From a virus, in the IMG/VR virus record IMGVR_UViG_3300044695_005266, positions 2,767 through 66,766 of that record: a stretch of DNA of 64,000 nucleotides. One strand, 5' to 3'. The notes below the pieces were generated by a model. That model ran no database searches. It had not been told where the DNA came from and saw only the letters and a list, made by a program, of their open reading frames with translations. The translations under genes and the position numbers were made by a program. Position 1 is the stretch's first letter. Each line of letters begins with the position of its first letter. This document shows, in pieces, positions 22,901-29,640 of this stretch.

Positions 22901-23934
22901 CCAGAAGTTTCGGCAGGGCATTCCACAAGAACCCGCTCAAGACAGTCCTTCGCGGACTCACCGCGCTCACCATTCCCGCATTGCTTCTCTGGTGGAAATA
23001 CAAGGACGACGATTGGTATAAAGACATGACATGGCGGGAAAAGTATCTGTATTTCAACATCCCCGTGGGCGATCAGTTGATCCAGATACCGCGCCCGCAG
23101 GAGTGGGGTAATTTCTTCTCAGCCGTGCCAGAGGCAATTCTGGACTCGCTCTACCGCAAAGATCCAGAGGCGGCATCGCAAGTGATGAAGCACGTATTCG
23201 TAACGCTCAATCCAGTGGATCTCCCGCCGTTATTCAACACGCTCAAGGAGCAGCTTGAGAACAGGGTGGCATTCTTCGACAGGCCGATTGTTCCGAAGTC
23301 ACTGGTGAACGCACCAGCGGGCGAGCAGCGCGGCAGGCACGACACCGCGCTCGCGGACACGCTCGGCGATATATTCCCGAACTCTGTCAGCCCGCTCCGC
23401 GTAGATGCCGCGATTCGTTCTATGACGGGCGGAGTGATTGGCGACTTCTCGCGGGACGCGCAGACCATCGGCCATCTGATCGGACTAGGGAACACAGAGA
23501 AGCAGCCAAGCGCATCGGACATTCCAGTGTTGGGCAGGATGTTTAGAAGGGGCGGCACCGACTCAAGTTCATCGCTCTCGGTGAATAACTTCTACGCTGA
23601 ACTTGACAAAGCGAATAGGAGAAAGGAGTCGATCACTCAGCCAGAAATGCAGAACGACAGAAAGCGCAGGCTCATGCTCGAAGATGCACAAAAGGCGATC
23701 AAAGTATTAACCATCGCACGCGCATCCGCCAAAACCCCTGAAGCCGAACGGAAACTAAACCAGAAGATCAGGGAGATAGCGCAGACCGCGATCCGAATTG
23801 CGCCAAAGCCGACAGACAACAAGCCCAAAAAATACGAAGAGGCCAAACGAAACCCCGCTCCAAAGGCAAAGGGTGAAGTCTTGAGGCCGCAACCTTTCAA
23901 ACAATTCAACAGGGAGTTCACATCTTTCTACTAA
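7954..23934 (+). CDS. Giant polyvalent virion/anti-defence protein (5326 aa): zincin x2, inactive MTase, strawberry-notch-like SF2 helicase, ParB-like domain, LPD38-like C-terminus
   Basis: HETIH (~13105), GDQTGIGKGR (15091), DESH (15580), SSAT, GISLHS/QIIGRIMRTG, QNRDR..LAGNGR (~19560), HETGH..EGFAE (20908), C-terminal SPLRVD..IRSMTG. Confidence 0.85.
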   Translation: MASPYDDLLTAEGPAGDSARSLAEQDTQVQAGETYADTSKRTEYEAAAQARIQVRKGKELASRGLVPYTDAQGGVSAVTDKGGAALTKYDPKNQIAYDSTGNPQKVDFDQFGNPQTSDPFAGLAPTLDEKTGEKYLIAPGLPWRHVGTDAQVKKKVEFAKEDKMLGEASSTLGRKLNIDEKQLNIIEKNKKEAAQRLATMGIGIESEDGSLPSGEQLAAKINAHFDSEMQSGTATKKGFFGLGGETDEAKAEQQQIGQKRASALAIAGEYAKHYNDGRAIQQGQDATLARRTQIEAERLRRDEELLRDQGMGGLLGAEEPAQPTQTKQPAAGLIKEGNIDLNNRPIVKNEDGTISTVRSIGVEVGGKEVLIPTVSDDGRVMSNEEAVKTFKQTGKHLGVFDTPESANAYAEKLHKEQNVQYTAKAAEQSKQDTKRGMAAMDAVKKLPPLDIGDKMSDIGSNPQQLVPFLSGASEIKHLVQVKLAANRLEESAKTNSDPSADDLSLVKAFVENSQRDTTFGYKVMSVLSALPAFAGELAATGGIYTAAQKATLKLGAKALEKFGSEAGAKLLAQLTERAMEKAAGLAVKGTIAKTGAMKAVELGARSAAAIAGSLAQTIPAAGLNIAAETVERMIPNISFSEDDKGKINYLLENAGDDFTSALQKSFKSQFTEVASEKTGGMLAFIPGADKLKLLKAGVMRRWFGINPTASPSTFAKMVQRAGWHGIIGEVFEERVGDVMKAGLGLQEWKHVIPTWEQFFVEVAAFGVPSAAGTAYGAYRNKKYQAAVKDMANQYQEREHAIGQVEPPAGAEPDPTSEVISTMMQGKNAQTASFLVGQHPESAKQTSRIIAETIPMDVEDRQDATEFMSTAGPHTFIAQHIGNQMVSQGVMTEAANEIDSTLEDGGVEQPERRAAIVNNAVGSTAMAMTVRQVTSGAPITNKLAYESMKEAGIFTEETDAAGTVTRSLDRRAIQLLPTSIAERISNNFSELKVSNTQDRTPLTAHKAAIQSGRSLVHTMAQRLSVWEAPPPRDADLPDLPDDEVTPPANPMDAEHANVANLVQGVITKHADRLRVLGHPDKATDEKGTRKGKSGLRNFGGIIHLDAEALYESTKNLTPEERAAFIEKATEEEIDHAETVAWAYDRTATPEERKRRQAKVKKLLKTEAGIAKGLQDARNDWGTLTDEEKSFEVWRAIMQMARDPNSRTPLTESTWQMIEEFVEWLRGRVGNLSTNAKELMGELETWLAEHKAELDKDKGNADAEKERADKEKAEQEKAEQEKADAEKAEKEKAEKDKADSEKAEQEKAEKEKADKEKAEKEKAEKDKADAEKDKPNPPKDEDQKPPKDEEKDKPKPPEAGGKRKVEGAKDWENAGIDLFAAAPTKLSLAAAKPESKFGTNVGDLIIAAQAGTLDLKNPEVLAKLNGIGEGILSEAEENPSVRTPEGFTARFLAFLKKFGKEDALTGRVVHIVWGLADETLPEVSRTEFETILEDLRNPKEKTYRWITPEMEKAGWKEKFINTGLIPQHQITTPEGMVFTAVEDEAHPGFGGYNFLVTDRNFAPEKEADLEDGSTAWVKDGNKYAFKQIESARKYANQKEAEKPPREYSKYEPLPPTAEGYFPTTQSNDESLPNDFPGKAESPKLANVAAAEDLIAQVKLEFGPLWSRVGITVAEGDPNAKALAYVKGNGFKEIFVVTPKLLYALMDSAHPTALARNIMYHETIHAMFNKVIFMEVRAMSPSQRESLAKKLEIELSAGTDEDQQQELFLAYHARILNDLGKELHHLHPREAKLADELYQSGRGNLLGAGNLAHEVFRQAIQNRVFGRFDEAWHTGIFTSQISSILTRVLAWIKRIFTGKELRKSPLFENYVGRVERVLLKNGYDRIITTSEDYSEAIKERLLAGIKITTPELQLMGSGLNMNKTELLYWAQRGVFRAAQVISQHPILPTELIVDRLSQLDKDSPEITQDASRETNLKPVVAYYASRLANAAGEKIQCAIVSDDLMPHLERDNREQLTHAYSEDLGQKELLESIGVTSAPSMNSLEENQIKHTHKSLIYSTNETAIADTEPEQTVKIGSVEFKSRNMNFINALNLLDEQLHSAGSAVLVLPSVDGTTPEERLAAYQSEDWKNFSSILYRNYGVASHVTVSDALLNTDSPPLDIIYIKRKTGSASIRTPHKEAPPIISTVAELRQKLYDHEHPTTKAPKAGGNAGGTRNDRDEPPKPPTRGNPKDGNGGRDNGDDNSGGSDGLPPKEGGGETGGGSESGGKRGGISVDLGRRTHESGLDVETLVQPDEGDDFQSLYRGESTVNPGKTLTPKNLVQKQKNVLEQVKEEVGDIDEFVIKELGYKDRAELGKRLMSEQVDAVALSIWNHRRGIATINGDQTGIGKGRVLAALMKWCLRNDLTPIFMTEKPNLFMDMLRDANNIGAFFEGDTDRIEPFIIANDVKLSTEIEGKTLPYNTPDDQVKNKVWGIAKDGQLPKGYNVIFVNYSQIDQEILPPEHYEFPDPNTPVTLLSSEDRAIRKDTIRTQALRALAPKAMLLMDESHFAAGESASESEDGKRVDKMLGIMDKMSGVYYSSATYAKRASSIPLYYRTAISRSGIEAKKIGEIMHVGGAPLQQEVASMLAESSMFRRERSMRGVSFGIKQTEQYRERDREIGNQFSDMVQEVARYQNNLKENLSKLEAAMQEKGMCQQKDSADKPMGKKVKLSSYNFGRSFFHVIETLLFSMKADAVADDAIERVKNGNKKNPLTEEQLHLMNQIEAAAMKRGGDPLKERFSKYGTTEPFHAQDIPEGDMNLLYASMTRPEEMEYRTHRDSQRPQKVVIAINQTGEATLEALKEMGLDKTYNSALERYMNKIAEGIAVKWEGGSTKKNLLGPNAASLLWDTLPNLHGENVSDMPEYKKLLSDARADYEKLVGLVRSNEELKKLPVSPIDHITDRLKKASIEFGEYTSRTNQLKEGVIIDRPDDESSPKNRGRMNKKFNNEDLDVMIINASGAVGISLHSSRDDSINLKQRVMFIMSPITEINGFQQIIGRIMRTGMVQRPEYLLIQTTLPHETRKASFLRAKLSKLNASTTSNKDTAMTGSVELPDFFNQIGDDVALETLLEHPQVLAEMPLKFPPNMLPPMKAALLNQYYKAKSTWEGGFVRTFSGWMSTVSPDTMDAFWSDFGERFKGRLRGLIENGEDPFATNERDFQAELVAANTIFDEVDADVSFGQKAVIEKLKVKEGGEPMSTDDAYEEANKNARRWLEKPKEKYSGTKPLDPNERRRRDEENLRQDRRTEVDKILDEWENKKSDEIKVAQDSARARFEKKWKAVLGRREERDKQIRNGKPNELQQLLGQTIKEKTEAEYKEEIDALNKEEETEHERDLAHALVVAERGVARPYEKARENIITALNIVASPRHANTFQVGIGAGEDAERVLAICTDILLRPDSPTSSADHLLIFRVNDGRNKGMVKVPLSQLASIIRWQPNSPQFGGNYDFQSDWDKTMRRERIRYVVTGNAIGGYKALLDRKVKGKMSFITFTRNDGEISKGILLPANFTGFTERKITTGSEMRQALEIRRATLALAEAQGSMVFDPYRRTVKISVSAKATNTAAQSIINDRALLTHLINTSGSRTWNVSPRKPATATFHITNAISVFDALARLKITVNEPTAPGADLTSYPSQDTDPDDDGPDGGGGGRSPNLNAATPNKQAGPAADASRKDVTTAMIARLKKLFDMSEGEPTQTSGAWFSAEITDEHGEITARGLTVKIPNEKLQGDVTEADAEITGDFKSESSVPPQSKATRATGVANGVEAQGHYELIEADDLKKLIQREVGDAQNRDRTTNEASKRQIEMIRQKPDPSMLTENSVSLTGAPSIDDEAILAGNGRADGVTQAWDTNPTGIKPYRESIEESAKRLGLQSKLAGMKQPVLVFRVTGYKNGTRRDFITQSNPKSIGLNENTVEEALNDYEALAATPNIVEFTEGGDLTAQSLQMVASVMEKKLRPLKEDSKGKFNLADGTRRVQAAMLAGMARKAGLKYGELAQVMESENGKRAISTILARAGRLAGLDSDLSLASPIMAALAAFQRGIAAVKGEQYKSLEEWFSNRKMELIKDDLSAEGEALLSLFSRSQRSAKELATVLDAYLVLAKEEQNQRDLDKETGDMFGNERAKVSPFTLLSKITNTASAENGELFTEGGSSKPENPAPAAEDKVEPPAEEKPEPPKEEEKQTPLKEQPEDTDGSIPEEPDFGADTEEGMIGRRPIKVSDKPTPEYKGQTVGTREAQKSLEAIGAAVGKTVPFQVGRVKGKQSGTFKEHPEVVRMRTALSLDVAAHETGHLLAKVLYKTLRIGSQKGVVPNNVLRELKKLGEDLYGGAKPIGSYTSEGFAEFWRLYFTTDNAEAEAPNAYKYFTETVLPLFAEVESAVKQAREAFTQYRAQGVRNKASADVVDPNSSANKLKRFKQSMSRPELIRKWVDELEPIRQMVAEAEGKLGDSLPIDSNPYAMASALRGTAKLVAAYMNEKAMRDFAGNITGQGLSEIMAIVKGNESDFMLFLWAHHALERWDANKNPGLTRAEAQFLVDELGKDPNFNIAADKYWNWNRGLMNYVREASPSIAPLIDSITSRWKKYIPLSRWFEPGEVRTAIQSAQTGASTALKSITRFGSGREILEPMPVILNNAEKWIELAHKRVILDAVMNLRKIEGLGFQIEEVPRGLKMNSLTVGDIRDQLEKMGMDTSTVEDDDILNYFTPMSKPKGKDPIISHSVEVMNPETGKKELKTKWFFVEPRIFDALEGIDLYRLPKALNLLLGFPARMFRLGTTGLRASFSFFTNPARDLPTLLMQSDSKASALTLFGSWVRSFGALWNPNRLRGQNHPLIDMFDRLGLQVGQPLGQDIDPYKQHQSKSLSGRMVHRAHNAIETLQKLFSVSESAPRIAEMEQIAKDVGWDWKAGAPITTKQMYAIMLAAKRSTVDFSAAGSYAKAVNQAIPFFNATIQGARSFGRAFHKNPLKTVLRGLTALTIPALLLWWKYKDDDWYKDMTWREKYLYFNIPVGDQLIQIPRPQEWGNFFSAVPEAILDSLYRKDPEAASQVMKHVFVTLNPVDLPPLFNTLKEQLENRVAFFDRPIVPKSLVNAPAGEQRGRHDTALADTLGDIFPNSVSPLRVDAAIRSMTGGVIGDFSRDAQTIGHLIGLGNTEKQPSASDIPVLGRMFRRGGTDSSSSLSVNNFYAELDKANRRKESITQPEMQNDRKRRLMLEDAQKAIKVLTIARASAKTPEAERKLNQKIREIAQTAIRIAPKPTDNKPKKYEEAKRNPAPKAKGEVLRPQPFKQFNREFTSFY
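11720..11945 (+). repeat. Coding tandem repeat (EKAEK/EKADK pentads) in the giant protein
   Basis: Degenerate 15-nt units encoding a charged single-helix linker. Confidence 0.85.
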
Positions 23935-23935
23935 A

Positions 23936-26146
23936 ATGCCCGATATTTCCACAGGACAAGACTTCGACGTAACGCCACAGCCGCAAGCACCCGTTGCGCT
24001 CCAGAACACCCACCTAAAGCTCGACGCCGAAAAAAAGGAGGAACTGGAGCGACGTTGCGTGACGCGCATCGGCGAACTCCAAAAGGAAAGCGGTGTGCTG
24101 GAAGATGGTTCAGTGGAAACCGATTCATGGATGGGACACAGAAAGAAGTATCAGGACATCTTCGACAGCGACTTTGACTGGCGCAAATTGCAGTTTGGCG
24201 GAGTCTTTGACGTATCCAACCTCACGCTCGGCACCGCACAACGCTACGTGCGCGAGACACACGCCAAAGCAGCCGACGACCTACTCGGCACACGCCCTTT
24301 CTTTGCAGCTGTAAAGACGGACACAGGCGACGACGCCACCGCACGGGCCGTGGAGGAGTTGATTCAGCAGAAGGTGGACAGGAGCGACATTCAACTCGAA
24401 CTCCGCTCCTGCATCCGCAGCGCAATCGTCCGCAACGAGTGCGTGGTGAAGATCCGTTATGTCAGACGCTCGACACCGTATCTCGGCAGCGCAACCGTGA
24501 TGGTGGATCAGAGCGGCCAGCCCGTTTATACGCCGAACGGACTTCTCATCTACGAGAACGACGACTTCCTTCCTGATCCAGCCGTGGAGGAAATGTTCAG
24601 GCTGAAGAAAGACCCGCTCTTTTCCATGCGACAAGGGGAGTTTGACTACCAGAACTTCGACTCGCTCCAGCAGGAGTTGATTCAATACGAGGGCGTGGAA
24701 GTGCGCGAACTCGACTACCGTTCCTTCCTCTGCCCGTTACGGTGCCCGTCCATCCACGAAGCGGACATGGTGGTTCAGCTTTACGACGACACGCCACAGC
24801 ACGCGAAGGAAATCTACGGGCAATTCGAGGGGTTCGACGAATACTTTACCAACTACGGCACGAACGAAACATCAGGCGAACGTCAGGCAAAGACGACACA
24901 GGGCGAGCAGGACTATCACCAGCCGTCCTCCATAGACATCTACCGCCCGTTCGCCGAGTGCTACGTGCGTGCGGATGTGGACGGAGACGGCATCGAGGAG
25001 GAAATCTTCGTAGTCATGGACATGACGAACAAGAAAATGGTGTTCTGCGAGTATCTGGCGAACATCATGCCGAAGCGTCCCTTTGAGGTCATCCCCGGCA
25101 TTGATCGGGTGCCGAACCGTTGGTATGGCGAGGGAGTCATTCAAGCGGTGCTCGACCAATGCACCTACATTGACGCGCAGTTCAATCGTTTCAACGTGAA
25201 GGACGGAAAGGAAAGCTCGATAGACTTCCGCGATCCAAATGCCGTGAAGGAATGGCGCATGGGGGCACAAGTGGAGTTCGGATCGAACAAGGTGTATGAC
25301 GTGGAGCCGGGCTACGATAAGGACAACCGCCCGCCCCTCTGGAGGGTGAACCTTCAGGAGAAGTCGGAGATTGGCATGGAGTTGATGAAGGAAGCGCAGC
25401 AGCAGACCAACCTCATGTTCGGCATCATCGGCGCGAAGGATGCCAGTTCGAGCGACCTGAACCAAAGCCGCACGGCCACGGGCATCCTGAACATCGAACG
25501 CACCGCGAATCTTCTCATCAAGAACACGGAGATCCAACAGCAGCACGCACTCATCCGCATCATGGAGCAAGTGACGACGCTGGTGCTGGAGAACCTGCGC
25601 GACACAGAACTCCTGCTCACGAAAGACGGGAAGCAACTTCTCACGATCAATCGGGACGAGGCGCGGACAATCAGCCGCGAGATTCGACTTCTCCTCACAC
25701 GCTCACGAAGCAGCGAACTTCTCTCGACCAACCAGCAGGCACTCGCCTTCTTCAAGGACTTCCACGCAATCAAAGGCACGCCCGCAATCATGGTGGCGAA
25801 ACTTGGGCGTCCGCTATACCTGAATATGCTGAAGGCACTCGAAGTCGCAGACCCCGACGAACTCTGCCCGAACGTCACCGACGAGGAGATTGCACAGTGG
25901 CAAGAACAACAGGCCGCAGGACAGCAGGCGGAACTCAAACGCACGACCCGCGAAATGATTTCCTACAAGGACTGCCCGCCGAGCATCCAAGCGCAATGGG
26001 AACAGGACAGCGGATGGACACCAGCGACACCAGAGGAACGCATGGCGCATTTCATGTTGCAGAATCCCCCGAAAGAAACGCCAGCGGAGGCGAAGAAAGA
26101 CAAGCCTGCATATCCCAACCCAACCCCATCATACCCGAACCTATGA
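23936..26146 (+). CDS. Portal protein (podovirus type)
   Basis: 736 aa; RPFEVIP...PNRWYGEGV and SRTATGI patterns typical of P22/T7-like portals; Q-rich tail. Confidence 0.8.
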   Translation: MPDISTGQDFDVTPQPQAPVALQNTHLKLDAEKKEELERRCVTRIGELQKESGVLEDGSVETDSWMGHRKKYQDIFDSDFDWRKLQFGGVFDVSNLTLGTAQRYVRETHAKAADDLLGTRPFFAAVKTDTGDDATARAVEELIQQKVDRSDIQLELRSCIRSAIVRNECVVKIRYVRRSTPYLGSATVMVDQSGQPVYTPNGLLIYENDDFLPDPAVEEMFRLKKDPLFSMRQGEFDYQNFDSLQQELIQYEGVEVRELDYRSFLCPLRCPSIHEADMVVQLYDDTPQHAKEIYGQFEGFDEYFTNYGTNETSGERQAKTTQGEQDYHQPSSIDIYRPFAECYVRADVDGDGIEEEIFVVMDMTNKKMVFCEYLANIMPKRPFEVIPGIDRVPNRWYGEGVIQAVLDQCTYIDAQFNRFNVKDGKESSIDFRDPNAVKEWRMGAQVEFGSNKVYDVEPGYDKDNRPPLWRVNLQEKSEIGMELMKEAQQQTNLMFGIIGAKDASSSDLNQSRTATGILNIERTANLLIKNTEIQQQHALIRIMEQVTTLVLENLRDTELLLTKDGKQLLTINRDEARTISREIRLLLTRSRSSELLSTNQQALAFFKDFHAIKGTPAIMVAKLGRPLYLNMLKALEVADPDELCPNVTDEEIAQWQEQQAAGQQAELKRTTREMISYKDCPPSIQAQWEQDSGWTPATPEERMAHFMLQNPPKETPAEAKKDKPAYPNPTPSYPNL

Positions 26147-26436
26147 CCGACGCTGAATCAGCAAACCAGAAGATCGCCGTAGAGGGAATGTCGAAGGTGA
26201 CAAAGCTGCTTTCGTGTCCTGAGTTTGGCTGGTTTATGCGGGAGTGTGTCATCAGCAAAATGACCGAATTGGATGCCGTGATTCACGACAAAAATAAAAG
26301 TGCCGAAGAACGCAATTCTGCGCTTGACGCATGGCACTCGTTGAAGGAGGCGCGTGAGTGGCCTGACCGAACACGCAATATGTTCGGCGCAATACTAGGT
26401 CACAAGCCGAGCGAACCACACAACTTTTCAGAATAA
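26143..26436 (+). CDS. Small helical protein following the portal
   Basis: ATGA overlap with the portal stop; 97 aa. Confidence 0.7.
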   Translation: MTDAESANQKIAVEGMSKVTKLLSCPEFGWFMRECVISKMTELDAVIHDKNKSAEERNSALDAWHSLKEAREWPDRTRNMFGAILGHKPSEPHNFSE

Positions 26437-26457
26437 CCAGAGAACCAAAATACCAAC

Positions 26458-27042
26458 ATGAACAGTATCGATCAACAGAAGGCAGAAACCGTCAAAACGC
26501 AGCAGGGAGTAATCTCCCCGCTGGAAACATCCATCGCCACACTCTCCCGCGCCCTCGTAGGGCCGGATGGAGTCGTGAAACTTCAGGTGAACTCATCAGG
26601 GGAGATTGCGGGGCCGAGCGGTGTCACACCGATCCTGAAGAGCATGGCAATCAAGGAACTGTCCGAGGTCGTCACGGCAACCAACGTCATCACCGCAGCC
26701 GAATCCGGCAGCGTGTTCTATCTGAGCAGCGCAACCGAGTTCGTTTCGACGCTTCCCGCCGCAGCCATCGGACTGAAGTTCACCTTCATTGTCAGCGCAG
26801 CACCATCGGGTGACAGCTACACGATTGTATCAGCAAGCTCCGCGAACATCATCAAGGGGGTGCAAGTTGCCGCCGAACATTTAGGCACGGGCGACAGCGG
26901 CACGGCGGACGACACCATTACCTTCGTGGCCGGGCAGGCCGTCGCTGGCGACAAGGTGGAAGTTGTTTCGGACGGCACAAGCTGGTTCGCCTACGCCACC
27001 AGCAAGCTCAAGGCAGGCATCACATTCACGCAGGCTTCATAA
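26458..27042 (+). CDS. Beta-rich virion protein (decoration/fibre-like)
   Basis: TLPAAAIGLKFTF...GDKVEVVSDGTSWF pattern. Confidence 0.6.
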   Translation: MNSIDQQKAETVKTQQGVISPLETSIATLSRALVGPDGVVKLQVNSSGEIAGPSGVTPILKSMAIKELSEVVTATNVITAAESGSVFYLSSATEFVSTLPAAAIGLKFTFIVSAAPSGDSYTIVSASSANIIKGVQVAAEHLGTGDSGTADDTITFVAGQAVAGDKVEVVSDGTSWFAYATSKLKAGITFTQAS

Positions 27043-27045
27043 CCC

Positions 27046-27336
27046 ATGGAACCCGTCATCAAAGGGCCAGAGGGCACCGCACCAAAAATCACGTCCGCCG
27101 TGGTTGCGGTGCCGCGCTCTGGCACCCGCTCCACCTATCTAAAAACGGCAGGGCAAACCCAAGCCATACCAGTCGGCGCGTTCAACTGGACTGTCACGAT
27201 CCTCACGGGCACGGCAACCTTTGACGGGGTAGCCGTGCCAGCGGGCTTCTCAGCGGGAGACGAGGGAGCCTTGCTGTCCGCGCTCACGGTGGTAATGGAC
27301 ACGCCCGGCACCGCTTTTATGAGTTGGATGACTTAA
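27046..27336 (+). CDS. Small beta-rich virion protein
   Basis: 96-aa ORF in the structural operon. Confidence 0.6.
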   Translation: MEPVIKGPEGTAPKITSAVVAVPRSGTRSTYLKTAGQTQAIPVGAFNWTVTILTGTATFDGVAVPAGFSAGDEGALLSALTVVMDTPGTAFMSWMT

Positions 27337-27339
27337 CCC

Positions 27340-28185
27340 ATGAAAAGTTCCTACGTTCCATCTTCCGTTCTCGGCACCACCATCGAGCCGTCTGAAATGA
27401 CGCTCGGCGCGGGCGTCGGCACGGGCATCCTCGCCCGCCCCATCTTCGCCACGACCGTTGCAGACGGGGGTGCCACGACCACCACGCTCACAGTTACAAG
27501 CGCAAGCAAGCAGGAACTTACGGGGAGCACATACCACTTTTTCAAAGTTCCGGATGTTTCCACGCTGGCCCAAGGATGGGCGACCCTCTTCGTGAACATC
27601 AGCACGGGAATACTGAACATTTACGCCAGCGACGGATCGACTAAATTAGCCGAGGTAGAGGCTGGCGAATCTGCAACGATTATCTGCCGTGATACCGCTG
27701 GCGGGACAGGCACAGCAGGATGGGACGTAGTAGGACAAAGCAGGTGGTTGTTAGCCACGGCTGTAAGCCTCACTACCGTCAATAACACAGAGACGGATTT
27801 TACTTGGGAAAATCTGGACGGGAAAATGCGGTCTGCGCTTTCAGGGGCGGTATTCACTGCTCCCGCAAAAGGCTATTACACATTTCGATTGTCTCTTCGA
27901 TATGAAGGAACGTCGGGCTACTCCACAGGGGGCGACGGCAGTTTTACCGTAAAACTCACTGACAATGCGAACTCCGCCATCGTAACCATCCGCAGCGGAG
28001 GAACCCTATTCGACTACTGGCTTGGCGTCGGGAGTGTAGCTGCCAGCGAGACTATTGAGCGCACTATTCTCTTAGACCAAGGAGCCACGGTGAAAATACG
28101 CTCCATCTTCACGGACGGAGGAAACGGAGCGGGCCTCTATTTTTACAGCGGAACCTGCCAACTCAAAATCACCAAAGAACAATGA
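27340..28185 (+). CDS. Fibre/spike protein with C1q/TNF-like C-terminal domain
   Basis: VFTAPAKGYYTFRLSL motif; Thr/Gly-rich N-terminus. Confidence 0.6.
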   Translation: MKSSYVPSSVLGTTIEPSEMTLGAGVGTGILARPIFATTVADGGATTTTLTVTSASKQELTGSTYHFFKVPDVSTLAQGWATLFVNISTGILNIYASDGSTKLAEVEAGESATIICRDTAGGTGTAGWDVVGQSRWLLATAVSLTTVNNTETDFTWENLDGKMRSALSGAVFTAPAKGYYTFRLSLRYEGTSGYSTGGDGSFTVKLTDNANSAIVTIRSGGTLFDYWLGVGSVAASETIERTILLDQGATVKIRSIFTDGGNGAGLYFYSGTCQLKITKEQ

Positions 28186-28457
28186 GACTAACGCCCGAAC
28201 AATACGCCGAACAATGCAAGCGCACCGCGCTCATTAAGTCACTCAAAACGGCCTACACCAATTTCAGCGACGGCGGCAAATGGGCTTTCGGGAACGCCTA
28301 CGATACCGTAGTCAATCACATCCGCCGTGGCGACATCGCCGCTGCCAAGCTGACCGTCCAAATGATTCAGATTCCAGCCGAAGTGCCGGGAACTTCATCG
28401 GAAGAACTGGCAACGTGGACGGTGAAGAAAACTGAAATCCTCGCGCTGTTTCCATGA
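28182..28457 (+). CDS. Hypothetical protein (possible fibre chaperone)
   Basis: 91-aa ORF coupled to the fibre gene. Confidence 0.55.
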   Translation: MRLTPEQYAEQCKRTALIKSLKTAYTNFSDGGKWAFGNAYDTVVNHIRRGDIAAAKLTVQMIQIPAEVPGTSSEELATWTVKKTEILALFP

Positions 28458-28684
28458 CACTCGAAAACGCCTTGCTCATAGCCGTAAGTTCCGTGACAGG
28501 CGCGCTATGTTTTCTTGCAAGGATTCTTTGGCATCGCAGCGAACAATGCGAGACTGACCGTAAGGAGCTTAGAAGCGAAATCGAATCAGTGAAAACTCAA
28601 GCAGGCGAGAACCACGGTATGCTAATGGCATACAGGATGTGCCCGAACAAGCCGTGCCCCTTCAAGGAAACCACAAAGCTATGA
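28454..28684 (+). CDS. Holin/antiholin-like protein (1 TM plus coiled coil)
   Basis: N-terminal hydrophobic helix; upstream of the endolysin. Confidence 0.55.
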   Translation: MTLENALLIAVSSVTGALCFLARILWHRSEQCETDRKELRSEIESVKTQAGENHGMLMAYRMCPNKPCPFKETTKL

Positions 28685-28866
28685 ACAAAACAAAGTTTAT
28701 CTCGCTCGTCCTTGCGTTTGCCGCAATCCCGCTTTCCGTGGATGCTACAATTATCAAACTTCCAATCATTCCTGCGTCCGTGTCTATGTATTGGCCGCTA
28801 ATCATTGCAGTTGCTTCCGCCCTTCATAAGTGGGCATCAACAATACAAGAGAAACCAAAGCCATGA
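28681..28866 (+). CDS. Holin-like protein (2 TM)
   Basis: 61 aa, two hydrophobic segments, charged C-terminus. Confidence 0.6.
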   Translation: MNKTKFISLVLAFAAIPLSVDATIIKLPIIPASVSMYWPLIIAVASALHKWASTIQEKPKP

Positions 28867-29066
28867 GGCCAAAGTATTCTGCTTACTTTATCCTGCTTGC
28901 GCTTTTCGCCGTCCTTGCGTCTATTTACCTCACAAGCTGTTCCGCTATTCCGTATCGCGTATCGCTCCACTACGGCGGTGCTAGTGCGTCGTATGACGGC
29001 AAGCGCGTTCTTCTCGACGTAAATGGCGATGAAATTGGGAAATCATTAAAAGGATATGCCAAGTGA
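28863..29066 (+). CDS. Small lipoprotein, possible spanin component
   Basis: Signal peptide with lipobox LTSC; located in the lysis cluster. Confidence 0.55.
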   Translation: MRPKYSAYFILLALFAVLASIYLTSCSAIPYRVSLHYGGASASYDGKRVLLDVNGDEIGKSLKGYAK

Positions 29067-29580
29067 TGAAATACGTTTGGCGATTCTTACGCCAGAACAA
29101 GCACGGGATGCTCTGGCTAGGATAGCCGAAAAGGAAATAGGCGTGCGCGAGATTGGCGGAAACAATCGCGGGCCAAGGGTGCGCGAATATCAGTTGGCGA
29201 CTTGGACTGAGCCTGGCGTTTGGCCTTGGTGTGCGGCGTTCATCTGCTGGATTATCCGCGAGTGGCTAAAATCGCCAAGCGTTCAACAGATCGTAAAGTT
29301 TCACCGACCCCGAACAACTGGCGCGTTCGACTTTATTCGATGGGCAAAAGACGAGGGATTGAAAGTGCTCGGTGAAAATGAGCCGTGCCGCCGTGGAGAC
29401 ATTGTGGTTTTTGACTTCTCACATATTGGACTTGTGACGGCTGATAGCGAGCGCGGAGAGATTGAGAGCGTGGACGGAAACACGAACGGAAAGGGAGAGC
29501 GCGATTCAGAAATCGGAGATGGAGTTTGGAGAAAGTATCGCCCGCGATCTGATGCCAAGGCTTTTATCCGTCTAGTATGA
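29056..29580 (+). CDS. Endolysin, CHAP/NlpC-P60-type amidase
   Basis: PWCAAFICW, GDIVVFDFSHIGLV, VDGNT. Confidence 0.85.
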   Translation: MPSDEIRLAILTPEQARDALARIAEKEIGVREIGGNNRGPRVREYQLATWTEPGVWPWCAAFICWIIREWLKSPSVQQIVKFHRPRTTGAFDFIRWAKDEGLKVLGENEPCRRGDIVVFDFSHIGLVTADSERGEIESVDGNTNGKGERDSEIGDGVWRKYRPRSDAKAFIRLV

Positions 29581-29640
29581 ATCTTATGTCCATTGATATT
29601 CCGTGATTGCTTTATTCTAAAAACCAACTAAAACACGCTC

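Noticed and set aside
26458-27042. Major capsid protein candidate
   Set aside because: Too short (194 aa) and all-beta, unlike an HK97-fold capsid.
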